Source: Octopus sinensis
Lineage: Eukaryota
Direction of reading: 5' to 3'
Length of the DNA: 64,000 bases
NCBI RefSeq assembly: GCF_006345805.1
Contig: NC_043010.1
Coordinates: 59,272,001 to 59,336,000 of the forward strand
The translations under genes were made by a program, and so were the position numbers. The notes below the pieces were generated by a model. That model searched no databases. It saw only the letters and a list, made by a program, of their open reading frames with translations, and had not been told where the DNA came from. Shown here in pieces: positions 52,961-64,000 of this stretch. How positions within the stretch are numbered: position 1 is the stretch's first letter; each line of letters begins with the position of its first letter.

Positions 52961-53679
52961 TCCTTTTGTTCATTTGGTAGACCCACTTGGCAGGGTGTAG
53001 GCAGAGACAATTGTCACTGTGCATACCTATTTCTTTACTACCCACAAGGGGCTAAACACAGAGGGGACAAACAAGGACAGACAAACGGATTAAGTTGATT
53101 ACATCAACCCCAGTGTGTAACGGGTACTTATTTAATCGACCCCGAAAGGATGAAAGGCAAAGTCAACCTTGGCGGAATTTGAACTCAGAACGGTCACTGT
53201 GCATACTTATCAATGCTTTGTATGCCATAAGGTCAATTAAATAAGTACCAATTATGCATTGGGGTTGATGTAATCGACTTAATCCGTTTGTCTGTCCTTG
53301 TTTGTCCCCTCTGTGTTTAGCCCCTTGTGGGTAGTAAAGAAATAGGTATGCACAGTACAGTCTCTGCATAAGGAGCAGACTCTACCCTAAGTGTATCGAA
53401 TTTCTTTTTTGCTGTGTTAGTATGAATCAGTTTCAATTAACAGAAGTAGATTTTCCTAAGGCCAGCTGCTCTACCTGTCAACAAATATCTAGATTCACTG
53501 TTTCCAAGAAGTAGTATCTCTCCTAGTCTTTTGAACATGAACATCACAGTGACTGGATAGGTTTTCACGTGTAGCAAATGAACACCACCACTCCTATGAC
53601 AGTAACATTTGTTTACAACTATCATGTGATACCAATACAAACGAGACACAAACATGTTCACGCACGCACACATGTATTT

Positions 53680-53717
<38 letters not shown>

Positions 53718-53744
53718 TTCTTATACACACACACACACACACAC

Positions 53745-54960
53745 ACATCATCATCATCATCCATCTCTTTCTTCATGCTGGAATGGGTTGGATGGTTTGA
53801 CAGGAGCTGGCAACCAAGAGGGCTGCACCAGGCCCCAGTTGTCTGTTTTAGCATGATTCCTGTCTTGATGCCCTTCCTAATGCCAACCACTTTACAGAGG
53901 GTACTGGGTGCATTTACATGATGCTGGTATGGGTGCTTTTTACATTGTGCCACTACCCATGGGTGGGGTCACCAAGTGGTTTCAAAGACAAAGACATCTC
54001 TGCTAAGAGAGAGAGAGGAACTGAAAGAAGTGGTGTATGCCAGATGGGAGACTGAAGTATGATAGGGGATCAGGGATAGCTGTCTTACTGCAGGGGAGAT
54101 ATTTGTCTCCCCCAGTAGAACTAGAAAGTAGAGGGGGTGAGAGAGAGAGAGAGACAGAGAAAGATAGGGACAGTCAGAGAGAGAGAGAGCCTCCTCACAG
54201 GAAACATAAGTAGTGTACAGGGAGTATAAGTAGCATAGAAGGGATAAAGGAGATTTTAGAAATAACATGTGATGTTGAGAAGAAACTGGAGAGGCCTGCA
54301 GTGAGGATTGTGGGGGGATGGTTGTTGATGAGTTTTGCCAGAGGATAGAGTTATGTGTGTGTGTGTGTGTATGGATTTACTAAGCTTGATGTGTCTTCTC
54401 AAGCACAGCAAATTGCCAAACATGTCACTCACTTCTCATTGAGGTTCAATATCTGAAGATCCTTTCTCACCATTTCATTTCAGGTCTCCCTGGGTTAACC
54501 CCTTCCATAAGTTCCCTCCACAATTACAGTTCGGCACTTCTTTAGGCAACTGTCCTCGTTCATCTGCATCACATGACCATACCAGCACAGTCCTCCCTCT
54601 TGCACACTACTTCAGATATCCCTTATACCCAGTTTTTCTCTTAAATCCTTAAACACTCTGTCATGCATGCACACTGACGTAACCCATCCAGTGGAGCATG
54701 CTGGCTTCATTTCTTAGAACCCTTTGCATGTCCTCTGTAGTCACAGCCCATGTTCCACTGCCATGCAGCATAGCTGTTCATACACAGTTGTTATATTGTT
54801 TACCTTTCACTCTGAGGGAAAAGCCCTTTGTTAGCAACAAAGGTAGCAACTCCCTGAACTTTGCCCAGCCCATTGTCATTCTAGTAACTTCACTTTCAGA
54901 GCTTCCTCCTCCACTGATAATTTGGTCACCTAGGTAACAGAAACTATCTACTGTTTCTAA
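53745..54960 (-). mobile_element. Degenerate RTE LINE (RT C-terminus and 3' end)
   Basis: Reverse complement matches 32430-32720 (CTGGTATGGTCATGTGA) and the family 3' motif. Confidence 0.65.
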
Positions 54961-55444
54961 GGATATCGCCCAGAAATTTGAGAGAATTTTTATTTTCTAA
55001 ATAATCCTAATGTTTATTGTCCCTGCACATCTGCCATACACAATGACTACGTTCTCTGTTAACCTTCCTTTGATACAGCTGCACTTCTTATGGGCCCAGT
55101 CTCATAGCTTACACTGGGCACATTGTATGGAGTTTCTACCAGCACCTTTTCTATGTATTGGGTAGGGCCATCTCCCTGAAGGGACCAGTGATTTATCTGT
55201 ATTCCTATTTACTACATGTGTGTGTATCAGGCTTCTTACAGTTTCTCTCATCCAAATCCACTCACTAGGCTTTCTTTGGCCTAGGGATATAGCAGAAGAC
55301 ATGTGCCCAAGGTGCTGGCTGTGGAATCAATCCCACAACCATGTGGTTGAAAAGCAAACTTCTTAAGTATATAAACTGTCAGGGTGTAAGAATTAGATTT
55401 TGTTTATATTCTAGATTCTTAAAAATGTAAGAACTGAATAAGGC

Positions 55445-55856
55445 GACGCGTTACCAGCATCACCTTACTGGCACTTGTGCCTGTGCTAGTAGGGTGCCAA
55501 GAGCACCATTCGAGCATGATCGTTGCTAGAGCGACCAACTGGCCTCCGTGCCGGTGGCACATAAAAGGGCACCATTTAAGCGTGATCGTTACCAGTGTCG
55601 CCTTACTGGCACCTGTGCCAGTGGCATGTGTAAAAAGATTCGAGCAAGGTCATTGTCAGTACTGCCTGACTGGCACGTAAAAAGCACCCACTACACTCTC
55701 GGAGTGGTTGGCATTAGGAAAGGCATCCAGCTGTAGAAACTCTGCCAGATCAAGATTGGAACCTGGTGCAGCCATCTGGTTCGCCAGCCCTCAGTCAAAC
55801 CATCCAATCCATGCCAGCATGGAAAGTGAACGTTAAACGATGATGATGATGATGAT
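55445..55856 (+). mobile_element. RTE-associated 3' fragment with (GAT)n tail
   Basis: Closely matches about 32930-33367. Confidence 0.65.
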
Positions 55857-56208
55857 TTAGTCTTATCCCTGTCATGTTCAAGCAAATTTTACAAAGAAAT
55901 TATTATTTTCAATTACTTCGTGAATTTTTTTTTTTGTAGCTAAATAGTAGAGAAGAAAATACATGTATATTTAGTAAAGTTGGGTCTTTCCTTCATTGCC
56001 ACGCTGAATACCAATGACAGGTTCAGCTTCAGATTAATATATAAACCGTATCCTAAATATTGAGATCTTTTTTGACCCATTTGTCCATCATTTTATTGGA
56101 AAAACCTTTGCTCTACATTGTGGAGTGCATTTCTTTTTAATATCGCTTAGCAAAATGGTCATCAACATCATAATTTTGTAAAACGTGTATTTTGTTTCTA
56201 AATTTCAG

Positions 56209-56285
56209 ATCAAAGTATTTATAAAAACAATGACACATCTACATCAAAAGATTCTAGTGAAGAAACACCAGTGAAACATGTCTAA
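56209..56285 (+). CDS. Pcdh: Pcdh gene 5 terminal coding exon (D-QSIYKNNDTSTSKDSSEETPVKHV*)
   Basis: TTTCAG|AT acceptor, TAA stop. Confidence 0.85.
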
Positions 56286-56782
56286 TTAAACTGCCATTGA
56301 AGTGTCACAACTACTTTTCTCAATAAAAATATACAATATCACTATACAATACACAAACAGCATTAACATACACTTTGTTTATTAATTCCGCTATATCAGT
56401 ATATTCTGCAGAAACAAGTCTATAAATAAGCCATAATGTTAATTTAATTACTAAAGATTACATTGTGTTGATTAATGAATTATTATTAAATATATTCAGT
56501 TGGTGAACTTTTCAAATATTTTGTATATGTTCATCATTAACATTCCAATTACTTTAAAATTTACTCCACAATGTATAGATAATTAATGCAAGGAGTAGAG
56601 AACCAAAAATAAATTCTCATGATTGAAAAAAAAAGCATTTTAGTGAAAATTACGGCAGTATTTTCTGAGATTTAAAAAGAAATGTATTTAAAATTTTACC
56701 TAGCTATCAATATTACCAAGACCTGATTAAGGGATGAATGTCTCACCTTCTCCCAACAAATCAGTAGTAAAGGAGCAACATC

Positions 56783-56813
56783 ATTGGTCTTCTGTTTAGG
56801 TCATTCAACCAAT
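56783..56813 (+). promoter_or_regulatory. Inverted CCAAT pair, putative promoter of gene 6
   Basis: ATTGG-N21-CCAAT about 191 bp upstream of leader copy 6; TATATAAATA near 56915. Confidence 0.6.
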
Positions 56814-57003
56814 CAGATTCTCTCTAAAACATGCAAAGAAACCACTAAGAAAGCTAAGCATTCGCATTACTGGTGTTATTAAACCAGTTATGTTTAAATG
56901 TAGAATATTCTAGCTATATAAATACACATCTATATATCTATATATATGTAGACTGTCATAAGTAACAATAGACAAACATCATCTTTAAGGACAAATGCTT
57001 ACA

Positions 57004-57189
57004 AACATACAACTTCAGTGACACATGCAACCCTCTCCTAGCAGCAGACTCTCTGCCTGACGTGCTACACTACTCCATCACCATAACAGCCATTGTCACA
57101 CCATTACAGCAGCACTTACAATGGATCTTTCTACAACAATACATCTTTCTCTTTCTCACTGAATAACCAATGATATAATTATCAAAAAG
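57004..57189 (+). other. Putative non-coding leader exon of Pcdh gene 6
   Basis: 186-bp conserved block, donor AAG|GTAAGT at 57190. Confidence 0.75.
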
Positions 57190-60169
57190 GTAAGTTTCCA
57201 TTTAATCTCTTATAATCTCATTTTAATTTATTATCACTCACTGAATCTGTAAATGATTGAATAATTATTCACATATTTTTCACTAAAATTGTCTGTATTG
57301 ACAGTTCTTTTTGTCTTTTGTTTTTTTGTCCTCTTCTCCCTTCACAATTGGATGATGTTGCATGAAACATTTAATATTTAGAGTTAAAATTGTTTCAGGA
57401 AAACAATTTGAAAATAAAGGAGATAAAAATAGTAGTAAAATGAAACAAAACATTATAAAGATTTTTTCTTTATATTTTTAATTTGAAGTAGAAAGTAAGG
57501 GTGTAAATCATTGTTTTACTATGCTTCTCTCTGTCTACTCTGATTTCTGATTTTCATTCCATTGGCTTTACGAACAATCTTTATCTCACGGTACTTTCAT
57601 TTAAGCCTTTCTCCTACTCAGCTGACGATGCTCTGGTTAATTCAGCTGGAAATGAATACCAGCAGAAGCTGTGGGTTAATCTTGCATGAGATTAGCTTCT
57701 GTTCAGGAATCATGTACTCTCAGTTACTTAAACAATGCAATAATCTCCAACCTAATTACTCTGTAGACCTGAGAGAGGGAGAGAGATTTAATTTAACTTT
57801 AACTCTAATATTTATATTTTTTTCAATTGAATCCAAACTATGTTTCTATAATATTTGTTACACGTATGTCGGCTATTGTTACTTATCCCAATATAAGTGT
57901 TGCTTTTGATGTATGGAAAATGTAATATTTTGTCGGTATCATTAGATTGCATTTGAAAGATATGTTAGGGATAAAATATGAAGAAATATACCAGAAGTTT
58001 AATAATAGTGTGTTGGTTGTTGGTAGTGATGAGGCACTGGTGTGTTAGAGTTCTGGGTTGAAGATAATGGTGGACACCACTGTCAGGAAGTGAATAGTAA
58101 TGAGAAAGTCTTTAACAGATTGAATATAAAGTGAAGAATCTGTCCTGTTGGATTAAATTTGTAATGTATCTTTTTATTATTGTTCAGGATAGATTATAAA
58201 TGAATTAATTCAGAGAGAATTTCAACAGTAATTTCTATAATTATTTGAACAGTTTGATGTCATTTTATTCATGATGGAATTGCATTCATCATATTAACTG
58301 GGAAACAATGAATACATCATTGCAATGTTACAATCATATGTGTGAACTTTTAAAATGTATGGGTATATGCTTAACATGCACTTCAGTCTTTTCATGAAAA
58401 AAACGGTTAGCATGTCTTTAGAAATTACCCAAATACTTGGTTAATGTTACAGAAATTTCTGATTACTTCTTTTTGAGAATCTAAAATCAAGTTTTTGGGA
58501 AAGCAGAAGATCTGAAATCCGTATTATTGGTAACGATTTCAAAATGCTTTAACAGATTTTAAACATCCATTTTTTTCTATTCCCAGTATCAAAAATATGG
58601 CTGGTTACAATAAGTTTGTACAAATATTATATTTTTATTTTCGTCACTGCCATAATGGCTTCAAAAAAATGAGTGACTGGTAAAAGTGAAAGGTACTATA
58701 TGTTATTTCTTTTCAAAATTAACCATTTAATTAACAAACTTGATTTCATTTTTGGATTTGGTTTGCAAGATTCTTTATGTGAGTTTGTGTGTTGAAGCAT
58801 CTTTTGTTGTGTCTGAAGAGAGTCATTCTCTTTTGGTGCCTTATAATTTAACACTCACCAGTAAAATTTCCACTCATTTCCTTCTTTATTTTTCTAAAAT
58901 CTTTGTTGTGTCTTGCAACCTTTTCAAAACTATTGAAAAGGTTGCAAGACACAATGAAGATTTTAGAAAAATTGCTGCAATAAAATCCTCTTCTGTTTCT
59001 AACTCTCATTTGTAATACGAAGTCATATTTCATTTCATCTCACTAACTTTTAGATACTAACTACTTTTATTAACCACTTTTTTCTCTATATAATAAATAC
59101 TGGCTAGTTCTTCTTTCTTTTTCTTTTCAAATATCAAGTTGATGCTTCCATTTTTGTTCCTCAAGAAAAGTTGTAACATTTCTAGACTACCAGAGTTACA
59201 AATAATACCACCTTCTTTCATGCTTCAAAGAATTGGTTGAAAATATTTCATTTGTAAGAATATTTGGGAGATTCCATGCAGTTGCTCAACTTACTCAGAG
59301 TAGCAGCCAAATCCATTTCAAATCTCACCCTACCATTGAAAAAGAAACACACATAAGATAATGTGGTCATGGTTTGAATGCTTCTAAATCATAGCTCCAT
59401 CTGGGTTGACAACAACAACAACATGCAATTATAGACTAAAATGAGGCCCCTAATTTTTGCATAAAATTGAATGTAAAAGATTATAATTAACTGTAGTGTG
59501 GAAATCATTTTTTTTTTTTTTTAGTCGGAAACTGATTACAGCTTTGGTTTTTACTACATTGGTGCTGATAAAAGATATACCTGTAAAATACCAAGGGTGA
59601 TTTATTTGATTCAGAGGTTAAAAAAGGATTTAGAACTAAAAAAGAAATCTTTGTGTACCAATACCAATTATATTTTTATTAATTAATTATATATTTTTTC
59701 CTGTTACCATTTATTCACTCCTAGAAGTTCACACAAGACTTCCATCAATTTATTGTCATTGTTTCCATGAAGACACTGCAGCAGTTCTGCTTTTACTAAT
59801 GATGTACTTTGTACAAGACAAATTATTTTCCTTTTATTATTAACTCAAGTAATGATATTATCAACACAATTTAAAGTGAGGTAAATTATATTGCACACTC
59901 TTTCAAAATATAGCTTTATTAACAGACATATTCTGTGGATTTTTCTCCATTGTTGTCTTGTGTGAATAGACAAAATGTTGATGTAATATTGTATGTCAGC
60001 ATATGATGATTTCACATGTTAATAATAATAATAATAATAATAAATTCCTAACATGATGTTACCTTGTTATAACATACATATTAAATCTAATCTGATGTAA
60101 TTATATCTCTTTTTAGGTTCCATGCACCACATAACTACACGCACAGAACCAAGACCAACATAAAACAAC

Positions 60170-62545
60170 ATGTTCCTGTCATTTTCTATTGTATTGTCAA
60201 TGGTCCACTGTGTCTTGACCATAGACCTTACCTACCATGTGGAAGAAGAGAGAAGTCCAGGAACATATGTAGCAGACATTGCTGCCGATTCTAAACTTTT
60301 AGACAATGTTAAACCATCTGACCAACATTTGATAACATTCAGTCAATTCAAACGAAAGGTGGCACAGTTATTTAACATCACCAAAACAGGTAAACTGTAC
60401 ACTGCTCAGACACTGGATGCAGAAGATCTCTGCACATTCAACAAAGAATGTTCCAGAACTCTTAAAGTTGTTGTCAATAAAGGGACCAGTGTTTCAAAAA
60501 TATTAAAAATCAAGATAGTAATAGAAGATATCAATGACCATCACCCTGAGTTTCCCAAAAACCAAATTTCATTAAAGTTCTCAGAAACAGATGGAAAAGG
60601 CACAAAACGATCAATACCTAATGCTATGGACAAAGATGTAGGATTTCAAAATTCCTTAATACAATATAAATTAAAATCAAAGAATGGAGAACCATTCTCT
60701 CTGTCAGTGTCTAAAAGAGCTGATGGTATTTCTTCTCTTAAAATAGTTTTAAAAGAATCATTAGACAGAGAAGTCAAAGATACGTATTTATTACAGGTCA
60801 TAGCTAAAGATGGAGGTTCACCAGCAAAACAAGGTATTCTGAACATAAACATCTCTGTGACAGATGAGAATGACAACCCACCTGTATTTTCTAAACCTCT
60901 ATACAATATATCCATACAAAGTACACATCATAAGTCTAAACCCATCATTGTTTTATCTGTAACTGATGCTGATGCTGGTGAAAATGGTAAAATTACTTTC
61001 CATTTCAGTCCAAAAACATCAGATATTGTAAAAAGCTATTTTCAGTTAAATGAAACCAGTGGAAGCATTTTGTTAAGGGAATATTCAAATCTGAGTAAAA
61101 AGAAAACCTATGAACTTTTTATAGAGGCCAGAGATGGGGGCAACCCTCCTCTCAGTTCTATAGCAACAGTTTTAGTGAATGTTATCAACCAACACAACAA
61201 TCCTCCATCTATTGATATTGATTATGTTAATGCAATCAATGACAACACAGCTACCATTTCTGAAAACATCAAAGTTGGTAGTTTCATTGCTTATGTGATG
61301 GTCACTGACAATGATGTGGGACAAAATGGAGAGGTCAGCTGTGATATCAAACATGATACATTCAAACTACAGTCAATGGGATCTAAAGAATATAAAATCA
61401 TTCTAAACAAACCAGTGGACAGAGAAACACAAGGACACTATAACATTCCTGTCTCCTGTCAAGATAAAGGATTACCTCCTCTTAAAAGTGTTAAAAGCCT
61501 CTCTATCCAAGTGACTGACATCAACGATGTACAACCACAGTTTACCAAAGATACATTCCAATTCCTCACCTACGAAAACAAAGATAAAGACTTCCCTATT
61601 GGTTTTGTCAATGCCACTGACCCTGATCTTGGATCTGCTGGACAACTCACATATTCTCTGCTGCGTAAAGAAAAATCCAATCTCCCATTTCTCATCACCA
61701 GTTATGGCTTCATTTCAGCGACCATGTCATTGGACAGAGAGAAACAAGATGTGTATAAGTTTGAGGTTTTTGTCAAAGACAATGGAAGCCCATCTCTGAA
61801 TGACACAGCGAATGTTGTTGTTGAGATTCTAGATCAAAATGACAATGCTCCGTATTTTACATATCCTAGTAGTGACCCTTACACGCTAAATGTGCAGTAC
61901 CATCCGCAGAGTAAGAGTGACATCACAGTTTTGAGAGCCTCTGATGGGGACAGTGGAAACAATGCTTTCCTCAGATATGCAATCATACAAGGAAATGATA
62001 AACAGTTGTTTAGTATGAACTCACACAGTGGTGCTTTATCCTTCTCCAGACAAGTTTATCTAAATGATGCTGGAAGTTATGAGCTGGTGTTTGTTGTGAA
62101 GGACAGTGGTAGTCCAGTTCAGTCGTCAACAACTAGTGTCACTTTGGTATTGGCTGTTAGTAACGAGACATCACCAATGTCGAAAAGTGGACCTTTACAA
62201 TCTTCAGGTCGGGTCCATATGACATGGGTTATTATCATTGTATCATCAGCAGTAATAATATCAGTGGCTATTGTTGTTTCTATAACGCTGTGTATTATGA
62301 AATGTATTAAACACAGAGATAACACAGCTGCTGCCACAAAGAATACAGCCTACCAAGGTAGAGCAGAGATGAAACAATTGTTGTACCAGACTAACACTTC
62401 TGTTGCTATGTCGAGGAATGCAGAAGAGATGGTGAAGCGGAATATCTATTCTGAGAGATCCAAGAGTGAATGTTATGCAGAAGGTCAGCTACAGAACAAA
62501 TATGAATCTTCAGTTCAAAGCAGAACCCTTCCTAAACCATCTTCA
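60170..62545 (+). CDS. Pcdh: Protocadherin gene 6 main coding exon (792 codons)
   Basis: Intact ORF; acceptor at 60116/60117; donor TCA|GTAAGA at the position homologous to the other copies. Confidence 0.92.
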
Positions 62546-62597
62546 GTAAGATTTCAATTGTTAATAATCTCTTATCCTTTTACTCTTTTACTTGTTT

Positions 62598-62782
62598 TAG
62601 TCATGTGACTGTGGCCATGCTGGAGCACCGCCTTTAGTCCAGGAAATCAATCCCAGGACTTATTCTTTGTAAGCCTAGTACTTATTCTATTGGTCTCTTT
62701 TGCTGAACTGCTAAATTACAGGGACATAAATACACCAGCATCAGTTGTCAAATGATGTTGGGGGACAAACACAGACATAGAA

Positions 62783-62817
<35 letters not shown>

Positions 62818-62981
62818 CGACAGGCTTCTTTCAGTTTCCATTTACCAAATGCACTTACAAGGCTTTGATCAGTCCAAGGCTATAGTAGAAGACACTTGCC
62901 CAAGGTGCCACGCAGTGGGACTGAATCCAGAACCATGTGGTTCATAAGCAAGCTACTTACCACACAGCCACTCCTATGCCT
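62598..62981 (-). mobile_element. tRNA-derived SINE inside the second intron of gene 6
   Basis: Minus strand reads GCATAGGAGTGGCTGTGTGGTAAG...GGATTCAGTCCC...CCTTGGGCAAGTGTC; fragments of the same family near 3095, 17090 and 55230. Confidence 0.7.
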
Positions 62982-63166
62982 ATAATCATTAAATTTATTT
63001 AAATATTACTCCTTTCAAATTCCTTTTTGCCCTCGTGCAATTCATATTCATTATTTTAATGCCATGTAAGGAATTAGCAGATGTTCTCTGTTTTACCAAA
63101 AATTTAATTTTTCTTTAATTTTGATTGTGTTAAAACTAATTTTTCTTTTTTTTTTTTTGTGAACAG

Positions 63167-63311
63167 AAATACAGCGAACCAGTTGTGGCAACATCGAATG
63201 ATGATGCTGTGGAAGATACATCTGTTGTTTCGAACTATCCAACTAACACCTTGTCGAGTCAGACTAGCAGTCGTACTAAACATTATGAAGAGATACCAGT
63301 AACCTCCTCAG
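63167..63311 (+). CDS. Pcdh: Pcdh gene 6 second coding exon, divergent (KYSEPVVATSNDDAVED...KHYEEIPVTSS); terminal exon outside window
   Basis: Poly-T tract plus AACAG|AAA acceptor; donor G|GTAGGA, phase 1; clear protein homology to the exon in genes 1-5. Confidence 0.85.
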
Positions 63312-63429
63312 GTAGGAAAGAAATCCCCAGATTTGAAATTGAATTTAAACAATTAAGCAAAATAAACATGTATTAATGTATAGCTGTTCATAATTCATCA
63401 TAAAAATGATGTCTTCTAAATGAAAACAC

Positions 63430-63680
63430 AAAGCATCTTATTCAACTTCTGTTGGATTACCTTTTTGAGCTCCATGTGTTTAACACACGTGGACATGTCT
63501 GCAAAGTCAGAAAACAGCACAGCTCCCATGACATTCAGAAACATTTTTTCACACTCAGAATTGCTGAAGCATGGAACAAACTACCTGCTTTAGCTGTTAG
63601 TTGTCGAGACATTCTATCCTTTAAAACCTCCATGCTTCCTGAAATTCACCAGCACTACACCTGATATCCCCCCTCCATAC
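63430..63680 (+). mobile_element. CR1-clade LINE 3' relic
   Basis: NTRGHVCK...KHFFTLRIAEAWNKLP resembles the CR1 ORF2 C-terminus. Confidence 0.7.
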
Positions 63681-64000
63681 ACATATATATCATGACTCAT
63701 ACACTGTTCACTTACTTTGACATTTATACATAATTCTATGTACTGTATATACACCTTTGATAAGTTGTAGTACACCTGAGCACTATACACAATAATTTCC
63801 TTTTTAATCATTATTATTATTATCATTATTGAGTGAGAGAGCAGTGCATGCCATCAAAGTGACACTGGGGTACAAATATAAGAAGCCCAATATACTCATC
63901 ATGACTACCCATCTGATAAGGGTACACTAGGCACAACCATATGTGCACGACATGATGATCTCATATCAAGATAAACAGCGCATGACCTTGCAGGTGGGGC

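Noticed and set aside
52-64000. Vertebrate-style architecture with variable exons spliced to one shared constant region
   Set aside because: Each unit has its own downstream coding exons and stop codon; constancy comes from homogenised copies, not shared exons

Overview
AT-rich, repeat-laden animal genomic DNA, most likely octopus/coleoid cephalopod judging from the protocadherin type and repeat families. The window holds six head-to-tail (+ strand) protocadherin genes, repeating every 8.5-14 kb. Each unit appears to be a complete four-exon gene: (1) a 186-bp non-coding leader exon ending in AAG|GTAAGT, with an inverted CCAAT pair about 200 bp upstream; (2) after a 3-7 kb intron, one large exon encoding signal peptide, EC1-EC6, TM and the proximal tail (792 codons); (3) a 154-bp exon after a 171-bp intron; (4) a 77-bp terminal coding exon, giving about 868 aa. 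The ORF track misses the spliced ends. Gene 2 has two 1-bp deletions, and the last exon of gene 6 lies outside the window. The main signal is a sharply segmented identity pattern. The leader exon, most of EC1, and EC4 through TM, the short intron and exon 3 are nearly identical at DNA level, while the end of EC1 and parts of EC2-EC3 are hypervariable and patchwork. This points to segmental gene conversion maintaining a constant chassis around a variable recognition module, convergent with vertebrate clustered protocadherins. Other observations: a degenerate Ca2+ site at the EC3-EC4 linker, YEEI and YKN tail motifs, a chimeric gene 6, hammerhead-like motifs in repeats, and several long intronic hairpins. 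The long introns carry SINEs, RTE and CR1 LINE fragments, a mariner relic and hAT/piggyBac MITEs. All alignments were done by eye.
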